Positions 29,430-43,062 of a DNA stretch of 64,000 nt are shown in pieces. A program made the position numbers and the translations under genes. How positions within the stretch are numbered: position 1 is the first letter of the stretch; each line of letters opens with the position of its first letter. Origin of the DNA: an uncultured Chloroflexia bacterium (lineage in GTDB: Bacteria; Chloroflexota; Limnocylindria; Limnocylindrales; CSP1-4). Below the pieces are notes generated by a model. The model made no database searches. It was not told the DNA's origin and saw only the letters and a list, made by a program, of their open reading frames with translations. The DNA is taken from NCBI GenBank assembly GCA_963734535.1, contig CAVTHS010000003.1:96001-160000 (forward strand), given 5' to 3'.

Positions 29430-29802
29430 TCCTCGCGCCGAAGGGACTGGCCCGGGATGGACCCGCCCGGGATCGCAGCCACGCCACCGGGGGTGCGCGT
29501 GGTCGCGAATGGTACCCCGCTGCTACGATCGGCGCGGATCGTTTTGCCCAGCGAAACGCGTGTCAGCGTCCCGGTGCAAGGCACGCCTTTCGTCGCGGAA
29601 TGGCTACGTTCCTACGAAATCCGTCGGCCCGGGGCGTGATGGTGGCCGGAGCCGGCGTCCGGTGGCGGATCGGCGATCGGCCGTCCGCCGAGGCGCCGGG
29701 GGCAGGCTCCGGGGGCACGGGGTACGATGGATTTGCCCGGCGCACTGCTCCGCGGCCTGGAACTCGCGCCGTCCGGCGCCCCTCGAAGGACTGAATCGCG
29801 AG

Positions 29803-30876
29803 ATGACCACGCTCACCGAAGGGGCGATCCTCGACGCCCTGCGCACCGTCCAGGAGCCCGAGCTCGGCCGCGACCTGGTGACCCTCAACATGGTGAAGGC
29901 CATCGCGATCGAGGGGGCCGATGTCGCCTTCACGATCGAGCTGACCACGCCCGCCTGCCCGCTCAAGGACGAGATCGAGCGGAACGCTCGCACCGCGCTC
30001 GCGGCGATCGGCGTCGGCCAGGCCACCATCTCCTGGGGCGCGATGGTCCGCCGCGCGGCACCCGCCGCGGGCCCGCAGCTCCTTGAGGGCGTCAAGAACA
30101 TCGTCGCCGTCGCGTCGGGCAAGGGCGGCGTCGGCAAGAGCACGGTCAGCGCCAACCTCGCGGTCGCGCTGGCCCAGGCCGGCGCATCGGTCGGCCTGCT
30201 CGATGCAGACATCACCGGACCGAACATCCCGCTGATGATGGGCCTCGAGGGCGTTCCCAAGGCATCCGCGGACAACAAGATCGTCCCGCTCGAGCGCTAC
30301 GGCGTGAAGGTCATCTCGATCGCGTTCTTCGTGCCCGACGGTCAGCCGATCGTGTGGCGCGGACCGCTGGTCGGCGGCGCGATCCAGCAATTCCTGCGCG
30401 ACGTTGCCTGGGGCGACCTGGACTACCTCGTGGTCGACCTTCCGCCCGGCACCTCGGACGCGCAGCTGACCCTGGCCCAGGCCGTGCCGATCTCCGGCGC
30501 GGTCCTGGTGACGACCCCCCAGCAGGTGGCCATCGTCGATGTCCAGAAGGCGCTCGCGATGTTCGCCCGGATGAGCGTCCCGGTGATCGGCCTCGTGGAG
30601 AACATGAGCGCGTTCGTCTGCCCGCACTGCGGCGAGGCGACGGAGATCTTCGGGCGCGGTGGCGGCGAGCGGTTTGCGCGCGAGAACGACATCGAGTTCC
30701 TCGGCGGCGTGCCGCTCGACATCACCGTCCGCCAGGGCGGCGACGCCGGCATTCCCGTCGTCGCCCAGCGGGAGCCGGGTCCGGCGGCGGTGGCCCTGAC
30801 CGCGCTCGCGAAGACCGTGGCAGCCCGGGTGAGCGTGCGAGCCGCCCGGCAGCAGCCGGTGCTGACCATCAGCTGA
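29803..30876 (+). CDS. mrp: Mrp/NBP35 (ApbC) Fe-S cluster carrier ATPase
   Basis: LTTPACPLK, ASGKGGVGKST, WRGP, DLPPGTSD and ENMS..CPHC motifs. Confidence 0.93.
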   Translation: MTTLTEGAILDALRTVQEPELGRDLVTLNMVKAIAIEGADVAFTIELTTPACPLKDEIERNARTALAAIGVGQATISWGAMVRRAAPAAGPQLLEGVKNIVAVASGKGGVGKSTVSANLAVALAQAGASVGLLDADITGPNIPLMMGLEGVPKASADNKIVPLERYGVKVISIAFFVPDGQPIVWRGPLVGGAIQQFLRDVAWGDLDYLVVDLPPGTSDAQLTLAQAVPISGAVLVTTPQQVAIVDVQKALAMFARMSVPVIGLVENMSAFVCPHCGEATEIFGRGGGERFARENDIEFLGGVPLDITVRQGGDAGIPVVAQREPGPAAVALTALAKTVAARVSVRAARQQPVLTIS

Positions 30877-30911
30877 CGACGCGGCGACGCCCAGGGCGCC
30901 GGGCGGGCCGG

Positions 30912-31391
30912 TCAGCCGGCCGTGATCGCGCCCTCCCGGCCCTGGCGGAGCATCTGATCACGCGCGGCATCCAGGTGGACGGCCGCGACGCCGAACAGGC
31001 GCCGCAGGACGGTCCGGCCCGCCGGGGAGCCGCTGCCGACGAGGGCAAGAAGGGCGTTCGCGGGGATCGCGACCAGCCTGGCCGGCCCGGCGGTCCGGGC
31101 CGTGGTGAGCGACACGGGCTCGTCGCGGAGGCAGGACCAGTTGAGGACCTCGCCGGGTCCGAGGGTCCCGACGATGACGCGCCGGTCGTCCCGCTGCACG
31201 CCCAGCGTGACCTGGCCTCGTTCGATCAGGAACATCGTCGTGGCCGGCCCGCCCTCGATGTAGAGGACCTCGGCGTCGGCCGGCTCGCGCCAGGCGGCGG
31301 CCGACGCAAGCGTCTCGCGCTCCTCCGCGGGAAGGCCGCGAAACAGGGCGAAGCCGCCAAGGTCTGCTGCCGTGACCGCGTGCGAGCTCAT
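30912..31391 (-). CDS. Stand-alone cyclic-nucleotide-binding domain protein
   Basis: FALFRGL...LYIEGGPATTMFLIERGQV...LGPGEVL. GGAGGA RBS. No HTH domain. Confidence 0.8.
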   Translation of the reverse strand: MSSHAVTAADLGGFALFRGLPAEERETLASAAAWREPADAEVLYIEGGPATTMFLIERGQVTLGVQRDDRRVIVGTLGPGEVLNWSCLRDEPVSLTTARTAGPARLVAIPANALLALVGSGSPAGRTVLRRLFGVAAVHLDAARDQMLRQGREGAITAG

Positions 31392-31598
31392 GAGTGTCCT
31401 CCAGGGGACGGTCCCGGCAGCGTACCCCAAGACTGACGGTCAGGCCGGCCGCATCGACGGATGGTCGAGCCAGGCGGGAAGCGCACCATGGGCGCTGTCG
31501 GGTCGCGCTCGGTCGGCTGCACGCAGCGGGGCGCCCGACGAGCGCGTGATGGTCCGCGGTATCATCACCCGCACGATCCACGCGGCGGGAGGTGGGAC

Positions 31599-32546
31599 CT
31601 GAGCCAGAACACGCCGGACGGCGAGTCCACGCCGCCGACCGACACGCCCGACCCCGGCGCCCCGGGTGCGTCCGCCGCGCCGCCGGGACCGGCTGCGCCG
31701 AGCCAGCCGACGGATCCGCCGGGCACCCCGCCGGATCCGCCGAACCCGGCGGATCCGCCTGCGGGGCTCCAGGAGCAGGTCCGCAGGACCATCGCCGCCG
31801 CACGCCGGCTTGTCACCTCGCACGTCGACCTCGCCAAGGCAGAGCTCTCGGAGATCGCCGAGCGAGCGAAGGTGGCGGCCGCCCTCATCGGGGTCGCGAT
31901 CGCCCTCCTGATCTTCGTGGCGATCCTGGCGCCCATCGGGACCGCGCTGTTCCTCGGGGAGTGGCTTTTCGGAAGCATCGGCTGGGGCGTGCTCCACGGC
32001 GTGCTCTCCTGCGTGGCGCTGTCGCTCGTGCTCATCCTGGCTGCCCTCGAGGTCCCGCGGCGCCGCCTCTCGACGAGCTTCCTCGGGGCGCTCGGGCTCG
32101 GGATCGTGGTGGCCGTGGTGCTCGGGCTGGCATGGCCGAACCAGGCGTTCGCGAAGGTCGGCGATGCGGTCATCCCCGGGGTCGACGCCGGCGTCCGCAC
32201 GCTCGTGGCCGGCCTGGCGCTGGGTGCGCTCGTCGTCGGAATCCTGGGCTTCCTTGTCGGCGCCCGCGCCGGCGGCATCGGCGGTGCCATCGGCGGGCTG
32301 ATCGGCGGGGCCGTGGCGGGCGTGCTGATCGGCGCATTCCTCGCGATCTCGTTCAGCCTCCGCGTGGGGATCGCGCTCGGCATCTGTACCACCCTGATCG
32401 CCTGGCCTGCCCTCGCCGTGGTGGCTCTCCGGTCCTACGACTGGGGCGTCCTCAAGGCTCGCTATTGGCCCGGCACGACCATCGAGACGACGAAGGAGAC
32501 CATCGAGTGGGTGCGCGCACGGACGCCGCTCGGCAAGAGGCCGTAG
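31599..32546 (+). CDS. Membrane protein with phage-holin_3_6/DUF1469-like N-terminus
   Basis: LVTSHVDLAKAELSE, multiple TM segments and C-terminal PGTTIETTKETIEW. Start uncertain (CTG after GGAGGT). Confidence 0.7.
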   Translation: MSQNTPDGESTPPTDTPDPGAPGASAAPPGPAAPSQPTDPPGTPPDPPNPADPPAGLQEQVRRTIAAARRLVTSHVDLAKAELSEIAERAKVAAALIGVAIALLIFVAILAPIGTALFLGEWLFGSIGWGVLHGVLSCVALSLVLILAALEVPRRRLSTSFLGALGLGIVVAVVLGLAWPNQAFAKVGDAVIPGVDAGVRTLVAGLALGALVVGILGFLVGARAGGIGGAIGGLIGGAVAGVLIGAFLAISFSLRVGIALGICTTLIAWPALAVVALRSYDWGVLKARYWPGTTIETTKETIEWVRARTPLGKRP

Positions 32547-33013
32547 CGGCTCGCGCCGGCCTCGAGGACGAGGTCGAGCGCCTGAAGTCGTCCGCGCGAA
32601 GTGCCGTGGACGTCAAGGCCAAGGTGAAGCGGTATCCGGGACGAGCCGCCGGTGCGATCGCGGGAACCGCGTTCCTCGCGGCGGGCGGCCCGAAGCGGAT
32701 CTTCCGCGCCGTGAAGCGACGGGTCGTGGGCGAGCCGGAGCCGCTGCCGGAGAGCCTCCTCCCGGACGAGGTTGAGCGCGCGGTCCGGGCGCTGGGCGGC
32801 GACGGCAGGAAGGTGCGCGGAGCGCTCGAGCGTGGCTTCGCCGACTATCTCGACGCGAGCGCCGGCGACCGCAGGGCCGCCGCCCGCGGTCGTTCGCTCT
32901 CACGATTCGCGATGCGCATCGCCACGCCCGTCGCGACCCGGGCTGCCCAGCAGGCGCTGAAGCGGGTGCTGGCCGAACCCGATCGCCCCGGCGACGGGGG
33001 ATCGGCGCGCTAG
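32507..33013 (+). CDS. Hypothetical protein (DUF3618-like)
   Basis: AARQEAVAARAGLEDEVERL; AAGGAG RBS; typical partner downstream of DUF1469 genes. Confidence 0.6.
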   Translation: MGARTDAARQEAVAARAGLEDEVERLKSSARSAVDVKAKVKRYPGRAAGAIAGTAFLAAGGPKRIFRAVKRRVVGEPEPLPESLLPDEVERAVRALGGDGRKVRGALERGFADYLDASAGDRRAAARGRSLSRFAMRIATPVATRAAQQALKRVLAEPDRPGDGGSAR

Positions 33014-33024
33014 ACTCGCTCTAC

Positions 33025-33112
33025 GGGCGAGTGGCGAAATGGCAGACGCGCCGGCCTTAGGAGCCGGTGTCACGTGAGTGACGTGTGGGTTCGACCCCCT
33101 CCTCGCCCACCA
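33025..33112 (+). tRNA. tRNA-Leu (anticodon TAG)
   Basis: Acceptor stem GGGCGAG/CTCGCCC with ACCA, D-loop TGGCGAAATGGCAGACGC, anticodon arm CCGGC-CTTAGGA-GCCGG, long variable arm, GGTTCGA T-loop. Confidence 0.96.
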
Positions 33113-33158
33113 GCGGGCGGGGGCGCGCCCATGGGGCCCCCCGTATACTTGGCCGGCC

Positions 33159-34538
33159 ATGCACGTCACCACCACCCCCTCCCCGAAGAGCACCGTCCTC
33201 CTCGAGGTCGAGCTGCCCGCCGCCGACCTGGCCCGCGCCGTCGTCGACGCAACCCGCCGCCTGAGCCAGCGCACCCGGATCCCCGGGTTCCGGCCCGGGA
33301 AGGCGCCCCGATCCATGGTCGAGCGCGAGCTGGGCCCAGGGTCGGTCCTCGACGAGGCCGTGGAGCAGCTCGTCGAACGGTCCTATCGCGAGGCGATGGC
33401 AGAGCAGACCGAGCTGTTCGCGATCGGCCGTCCCACGATCGACGTCGTGCAGGCGGAGGAGGGCCAGCCCCTCCGATACACCGCCACGATCCCGGTCCGT
33501 CCCGAGGTCAAGCTCGGCGACTACCGGTCGTTCCCGTTCGCGCCCGAGATCGACACTGTCGACGACCCAAAGGTGGACCGCGTCGTCGACGAGCTGCGCG
33601 ACCAGCAGGCCGCGCTCGTGCCGGTGGAGGAGCGGGGCGCCAAGGACGACGACTGGGCCGTGATCGGCTTCGTCGGGACGCGCGATGGTGAGCCGTTCGA
33701 GGGCGGCACGGTGGAGCGGATGCCCATCGTGATCGGCCAGGAGCGCCTCATTCCCGGCTTCGAGGAGCACCTGGTGGGCCTGCGGCCGGGCGACACGACC
33801 GAGTTCGAGATCACGTTCCCGCTCGACTACCAGGATGAGGCCCTGCAGGGTGCCACGGCTCACTTCGACGTCACGCTCCGGGAGCTCCGCGAGAAGGTCC
33901 TGCCGGTCGCCGACGATGCGTTCGCCGCGTCGCTCGGCGAGTTCCCCGACCTGGCCACGCTGCGGTCCGAGGTGCGGGCGCGGCTCGACCGCAACGCCCT
34001 CGACCGCGCCCGTCACGGCTTCGCGGATCGCATCATCGACTACGCGGTGAAGAACGCCACGGTCGAGATCCCGGACCTCCTCGTCGACGAGGAGATCGAG
34101 GTCATGCACGATGAGCTGCGCGGCGCGCTGGCGCGGCAGGGCATCACCGAGGACGCCTATCGCAAGGCCGTCGACAAGACGCCCGAGCAGCTCCACGCGG
34201 ACTTCCGGCCCGGCGCCGAGGAGCGCGCGAAGACGCTCCTCGTCCTGGGCGCGATCGCCGAGGCCGAGGGGATGGAGGTCACCGACGCCGACGTGACGGC
34301 CGAGGCGGCCCGCGCCCGGCAGCGCTACGCGAACGACCCGAAGCTGTCGGCCTACTTCGACACGGACCGCGCGCGGGCCGCCATCCGGAGCTCGCTGCGC
34401 CGGTCGCGCGTGGTCGAGAAGCTCATCGACGGATGGCTTGCCGCACACCCGGACCACCCGGCGATCCCGCATGTCGAAGACGCCGAGGCCGCCGCCGGCG
34501 GCGCCGCCGTCGAGGAGGCGGGCAGCGCCCGCGCGTGA
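33159..34538 (+). CDS. tig: Trigger factor
   Basis: Ribosome-binding signature [10 protein letters not shown] and FKBP region [11 protein letters not shown]. Precedes clpP-clpX. Confidence 0.95.
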   Translation: MHVTTTPSPKSTVLLEVELPAADLARAVVDATRRLSQRTRIPGFRPGKAPRSMVERELGPGSVLDEAVEQLVERSYREAMAEQTELFAIGRPTIDVVQAEEGQPLRYTATIPVRPEVKLGDYRSFPFAPEIDTVDDPKVDRVVDELRDQQAALVPVEERGAKDDDWAVIGFVGTRDGEPFEGGTVERMPIVIGQERLIPGFEEHLVGLRPGDTTEFEITFPLDYQDEALQGATAHFDVTLRELREKVLPVADDAFAASLGEFPDLATLRSEVRARLDRNALDRARHGFADRIIDYAVKNATVEIPDLLVDEEIEVMHDELRGALARQGITEDAYRKAVDKTPEQLHADFRPGAEERAKTLLVLGAIAEAEGMEVTDADVTAEAARARQRYANDPKLSAYFDTDRARAAIRSSLRRSRVVEKLIDGWLAAHPDHPAIPHVEDAEAAAGGAAVEEAGSARA

Positions 34539-34618
34539 TCCATCACCCCTTCGTTCCAACGCCGTCGACGGCGGCCGCTCGCAGCGGCGCCGAGGACGCC
34601 TCTCCAGGAGGGACCCAG

Positions 34619-35305
34619 ATGCTCGTGCCGATGGTCATCGAAACGTCGAGCCGCGGAGAGCGGGCGTACGACATCTACTCGCGGCTCCTCAAGGAGCGGA
34701 TCATCTTCCTGGGCGACGCGATCGAGGACAACGTCGCGAACCTGATCATCGCCCAGCTCCTCTTCCTCGACTCCGAGGACCCGGAGAAGGACATCAACCT
34801 GTACGTCAACTCGCCGGGCGGCGTGATCACCGCGGGGCTCGCGATCTACGACACGATGCAGCTCGTGCGGGCGCCGGTCAGCACGATCTGCGTGGGGATG
34901 GCCGCGAGCATGGCTGCCGTCCTCCTCGCGGCCGGCCACCCGGGCAAGCGCTACGCGTTGCCGCACAGCCGGATCATGATCCACCAGGGCTCGGGCGGAT
35001 TCCGTGGCAACACCCCGGATGTCTTCATCCAGGTCCGCGAGATGGAGACGCTGGTCAACGCGAATCACGAGCTGCTGGCGCACCACACGGGCCAGACCGT
35101 GGAGAAGATCGTCAAGGACACCGAGCGGGACTATTTCATGAGTCCCGACCAGGCCCAGGCGTATGGCATCATCGACGCTGTCTACGCGCCCGTCCCGAAA
35201 TCGATCGCGCCGGGCCTCCCGTCCGCCTCCAGCGGCCCGGGCAAGGTACGATCGGCTTCGTCAGACGAGACGCCGCCCGACGGGCCGGCGCCCGCGGGCG
35301 CCTAG
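34619..35305 (+). CDS. clpP: ATP-dependent Clp protease proteolytic subunit
   Basis: [18 protein letters not shown], catalytic AASM, RIMIHQ and ERDYFM. Confidence 0.97.
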   Translation: MLVPMVIETSSRGERAYDIYSRLLKERIIFLGDAIEDNVANLIIAQLLFLDSEDPEKDINLYVNSPGGVITAGLAIYDTMQLVRAPVSTICVGMAASMAAVLLAAGHPGKRYALPHSRIMIHQGSGGFRGNTPDVFIQVREMETLVNANHELLAHHTGQTVEKIVKDTERDYFMSPDQAQAYGIIDAVYAPVPKSIAPGLPSASSGPGKVRSASSDETPPDGPAPAGA

Positions 35306-35350
35306 ACCAGCGGCGCGCAGCACGACGGACGACACGGAGAGCAGGCACGG

Positions 35351-36655
<1,305 letters not shown>

Positions 36656-36678
36656 CGCGGGGACGCAGGCAGCCCGGG

Positions 36679-38355
36679 ATGCGCATGAACGTCCCGCCCG
36701 TCCGGGGCGCCCGGTTCGGCGACGACTGGTGGCAGCGCGGCGTCATCTACCAGGTCTATCCGCGCAGCTTCGCCGACTCGAATGGCGACGGCGTCGGTGA
36801 CCTGGCGGGCATCATCGACCACCTGGACCACCTGGGGCCCGACGGGCTCGGCATCGACGCGATCTGGCTGTCTCCCATCTACCCGTCGCCTGGCCTCGAC
36901 GGGGGCTACGACGTCGCCGATCACGAGCGTGTCGATCCGCTGTTTGGATCGGAGGACGCGTTCGATCGGCTCGTGGCCGAGGCGCATCGTCGGGGCATCC
37001 GGATCGTCCTCGACCTGGTGATGAACCACACGAGCGATGCGCACCGGTGGTTCGAGTCGTCGCGCGCCGGGCGCGATGGGCCGTTCGCGGACTGGTACCT
37101 GTGGCGCGACCCTGCCGGCATGGGACCGGACGGGCAGCCGATGCCGCCGAACAACTGGACCTCGTTCTTCGGGGGCACGGGCTGGGAGTGGGAGCCGCGC
37201 CGGGGCCAGCTCTACTTCCACACCTTCATGGCCGAGCAGCCGGAGCTGAACTGGCGGCACCCGGGCGTGGAGGAGGCGCAGCTCGGCATGGTTCGCGGAT
37301 GGCTCGCGCGCGGCGTGGACGGCTTTCGCCTCGATGTCTTCAACGTGTTCCTCAAGCACCCGGGCCTGCCGTCCAATCCCACCCGGGCCGGCCGCGGGCC
37401 GTGGGACCGCCAGTTCCACGTCTACGACCGCGACCAGCCCGACCTCCCGGCGCTGATCGGGCGATTCCGGGCGATCCTCGACGCGGCGCCTGGCCGGATG
37501 TCCGTCGGGGAGCTCTTCGACGGGACGGTCGAGACGGCAGCCAGCCTCACATCGGGGTCCCACCTCGTGTTCGACTGGGCGCTGATCGAGGCGAGCTGGA
37601 CCGCGCCGGCCATCCGCGCCGCGATCCGGGTGCGCGAACAGGCGTTCGGCGACGGCCGCTGGCCGACCGCGGTCCTCTCGAACCACGACCGGCCGCGGCA
37701 GGCCTCTCGCCTCGCCGACAGCGTCGGGGCGGAGGACCCGGACGCGGTTGCCCTCGCCGCGGCGGTCCTGCTGCTGACCGTCCGGGGCACCCCGTTCCTC
37801 TACTACGGCGAGGAGCTGGGAATGCGCGACGTGGACATTGCACCCGAGGAGAGCGTCGATCCGCCTGCCTTCCGTTTCGGCCCCGGTACCCACTGGTGGG
37901 ATCGGTCGCGATGCCGGACGCCGATGCCCTGGTCGCGGGGGCCCGGGTCCGGATTCACGAACGGTCACCCGTGGCTGCGCCTCGGCCCCGACGTCGAGGA
38001 GCGAAACGTCGAGGTCCAGCTGGCGGATCCACGCTCCATCCTCTGGACGTACCGCCGCCTCCTCGCGCTGCGGGCGGCCACGCCGGCCCTCCAGCTCGGG
38101 TCGCTCCGCCTGCATCCGGGCGGCAGCGGCGACATCGTCGCCTACACGCGCGAGGCTCCAGGGCAGCACATCCTCGTGCTCCTCAACCTGGGCCGGGGGG
38201 ATTCCGGGTGGGACCTGCCGGCGACGGATGGGAAGTCCGGATGGCGGGTCCGGTTTGGGACGGCGCCGGCGTCGGCGCCCGGCTCCCTCGTCGCGAGCGG
38301 GGCGCGGCTGATCCTCGGCTCGAACGAGGCGTTGATCCTCGAGGCGATCGGCTGA
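36679..38355 (+). CDS. GH13 alpha-glucosidase / oligo-1,6-glucosidase
   Basis: WWQRGVIYQVYPRSFADSNGDGVGDL, DLVMNHTS, GFRLDV, SNHD and YYGEELGM. Confidence 0.92.
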   Translation: MRMNVPPVRGARFGDDWWQRGVIYQVYPRSFADSNGDGVGDLAGIIDHLDHLGPDGLGIDAIWLSPIYPSPGLDGGYDVADHERVDPLFGSEDAFDRLVAEAHRRGIRIVLDLVMNHTSDAHRWFESSRAGRDGPFADWYLWRDPAGMGPDGQPMPPNNWTSFFGGTGWEWEPRRGQLYFHTFMAEQPELNWRHPGVEEAQLGMVRGWLARGVDGFRLDVFNVFLKHPGLPSNPTRAGRGPWDRQFHVYDRDQPDLPALIGRFRAILDAAPGRMSVGELFDGTVETAASLTSGSHLVFDWALIEASWTAPAIRAAIRVREQAFGDGRWPTAVLSNHDRPRQASRLADSVGAEDPDAVALAAAVLLLTVRGTPFLYYGEELGMRDVDIAPEESVDPPAFRFGPGTHWWDRSRCRTPMPWSRGPGSGFTNGHPWLRLGPDVEERNVEVQLADPRSILWTYRRLLALRAATPALQLGSLRLHPGGSGDIVAYTREAPGQHILVLLNLGRGDSGWDLPATDGKSGWRVRFGTAPASAPGSLVASGARLILGSNEALILEAIG

Positions 38356-38420
38356 CCGGTCCCGGAAGCCGTTTCGACGGCCCGGATTGGACGGGACCCC
38401 GTGCTACACTCCGGCCCTCA

Positions 38421-38665
38421 CGGCGGTGACCGGGAGGAGTAGCGTCGGCAGGGGCCGAAGCGAGCGCGGGACGGTGCGAGCCGCGCGGGCGACCCCGGCG
38501 CGAACGTCGCTCGCGAGCCGTGACGGGAGACGCCCGATAGCGCGTCGAGAGGGCTGACGGGCGCGCCCGAGGCGCACCGGCCGGGATGACCGGTCGCGAC
38601 CGAAATGCCGAACCAGCTGGTGGTACCACGACCCCGTTCGTCCGCTGGGACGAGCGGGGTTTGTT
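38421..38665 (+). ncRNA. T-box riboswitch (Val) upstream of valS
   Basis: Stem I AGTA/GGTGCGA elements, specifier GTC (Val) at 38506-38508, T-box AACCAGCTGGTGGTACCACG at 38611-38630, then a terminator. Extended -10 TGCTACACT at 38402. Confidence 0.88.
38631..38665 (+). terminator. T-box attenuator terminator
   Basis: ACCCCGTTCGTCC-loop-GGACGAGCGGGGT followed by TTGTT. Confidence 0.8.
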
Positions 38666-38686
38666 CGGTCTCGGAGGGAGCGCGCG

Positions 38687-41416
<2,730 letters not shown>

Positions 41417-41529
41417 GGGAGCGCCGCCCAGGGCTGCCACGCGGCAGGCGGTGTGGATCGTCCGGACGGAACGTGGGCCGGCGGCCGGCGCTGCTAGGAT
41501 TACGTTCACGCCACGCCGATGGAGGTTCC

Positions 41530-42267
41530 GTGCCGCTCGAGTTCCTCAAGCGTCGGGGACGGGACGATGACCGCTCCGTGCCCACGCCCGCCGCCATCCC
41601 GGAGGAGACCTCCGCCGAGGAGTATCTCCTCAAGCTTCACTACGCCGGCAAGAGCAGCGAAGGCGTGCGGATGAAGGCAGGCCCGCGAGCCATGGCCGAG
41701 CTGCCGGCGATGCTCACCGGCCTGGCCGCGAGCGAGATCGAGGTCATCGATCCGCTCCCGATCGAGTTCAGCCAGGCCAGCCCGCAGATCATCCGATCGT
41801 CGGAGGCGATGCAGTGGGTGAACGCCCACCACGCCCACTCGCCGATCGCGCGCCACGCCATCTACGTCCTCGAATTGATCGATGCCATCGATCTCGCCTT
41901 CGACACGCTTGCCTGCGCGCTTCTCGACGGCGAGATCGACACCTCCGGCTACCCCGAGTACAACGCGGTGGTCGGCGGCGTGGCATCGCACTGGGACGAG
42001 GCAACCGGCGACATGCTGGTCCGGGCGGTCGTCGGCTGGGGCGGCCGCGGCGTCCGCGGCGACACGGACCGGATCGCCGCGCGGCGCCTGAGCGGCCTCT
42101 TCCAGAACATCCTCGCAAGCCAGTACGCCATGGAGGTCGTGCCGCTGGACCGGCCGGTCCCGGCGGGCGGCCGTGGCGGCCTCGTCTGCGCGCACTGCGG
42201 GTTTGCGTCCGCCCATGACCGAGCGTTCTACTGCCCGAAGTGCGGCATGCGGCTGCTGCGCGGCTGA
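41530..42267 (+). CDS. Hypothetical protein with C-terminal zinc ribbon
   Basis: GGAGG RBS; C-terminal CAHC...CPKCG; extended -10 TGCTAGGAT at 41492. Confidence 0.8.
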   Translation: MPLEFLKRRGRDDDRSVPTPAAIPEETSAEEYLLKLHYAGKSSEGVRMKAGPRAMAELPAMLTGLAASEIEVIDPLPIEFSQASPQIIRSSEAMQWVNAHHAHSPIARHAIYVLELIDAIDLAFDTLACALLDGEIDTSGYPEYNAVVGGVASHWDEATGDMLVRAVVGWGGRGVRGDTDRIAARRLSGLFQNILASQYAMEVVPLDRPVPAGGRGGLVCAHCGFASAHDRAFYCPKCGMRLLRG

Positions 42268-42291
42268 GCCCGATCGGCGAACGGAGACCAC

Positions 42292-42705
42292 GTGCCCATC
42301 TACGACTACGTCTGCGGATCCTGCGGCCACCGCTTCGAGGTCTTCCGCGGGATCAACGAGGCGGGGCCGCACCAGTGCCCCGAGTGCGGCGGGCCGGTCG
42401 CACGGGCCTTCGTCCCGCCGACGATCCACTTCAAGGGAACCGGCTGGGCGAAGTCGGATCGCCGTGCCTCGAGCGCGCGATCACGGCGAACCGAGACCGG
42501 TTCGCCGGCATCCGGATCGTCGAAATCCGCGGCGCCCGGGGAGTCCCGGGAGTCGACGGACTCAGGGAAGCCGGCCGGCGAGTCCGGGAAGCCGGCCGCG
42601 GAGCCGGCCGGGGAATCGTCCGGTGCAACCCCACCCGCGGATGCCTCATCGTCGTCAGGCGGTGGGACCTCGAAGACGTCGGCCCAGTCCCAGGCGGATC
42701 GATGA
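42292..42705 (+). CDS. FmdB family zinc-ribbon protein
   Basis: MPIYDYVCGSCGHRFE...CPECGG...IHFKGTGW with a Ser/Gly-rich tail. Confidence 0.9.
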   Translation: MPIYDYVCGSCGHRFEVFRGINEAGPHQCPECGGPVARAFVPPTIHFKGTGWAKSDRRASSARSRRTETGSPASGSSKSAAPGESRESTDSGKPAGESGKPAAEPAGESSGATPPADASSSSGGGTSKTSAQSQADR

Positions 42706-42712
42706 ACCCTCG

Positions 42713-42949
42713 ATGAGCCGTCCGCCCTCGGACTGGATCACGCTCGCGGAGGCGGGCCAGATTCTCGACGGCGCGAACGTTCATCTCCGCCCGGAGACGA
42801 TCGGCCGGTGGGCGCGCGAAGGCCGGCTCCAGACGCTGAAGCTGGGCGGCCGCCGATACGTCCGTCGCGTCGAGATCCGCGCGCTGCTGCGGCCCCGCCG
42901 ACGCGTCGCCGCCCAGGACGTCCAGCCGCGGCTCTTCGAGGACCTCTGA
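42713..42949 (+). CDS. Small excisionase-like helix-turn-helix DNA-binding protein
   Basis: WITLAEAGQIL...PETIGRWAREGRL...LGGRRYVRR, a HTH_17/MerR-like pattern. Confidence 0.8.
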   Translation: MSRPPSDWITLAEAGQILDGANVHLRPETIGRWAREGRLQTLKLGGRRYVRRVEIRALLRPRRRVAAQDVQPRLFEDL

Positions 42950-43062
42950 GCCAACCGGCCACGGCGTCCCGCTCGAGCCATCGGCGCTGGGTCGTGTCGC
43001 TGGTCGAGCCGTTCGGCGCCGCGCTCGTCGGCGTCCCGCGGATCGCGATGGCGTCCGAACGG

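Noticed and set aside
31599-32546. Holin-like gene as evidence of a prophage
   Set aside because: The DUF1469/DUF3618-type pair is a common chromosomal locus, and there are no phage genes nearby.
33025-33160. tRNA-Leu as an island integration site
   Set aside because: No integrase and no duplicated tRNA 3' end seen. It is followed directly by core tig-clpP-clpX.
42713-42949. Excisionase-like HTH as a mobile element marker
   Set aside because: No recombinase, att sites or compositional shift. It sits in an operon with FmdB.
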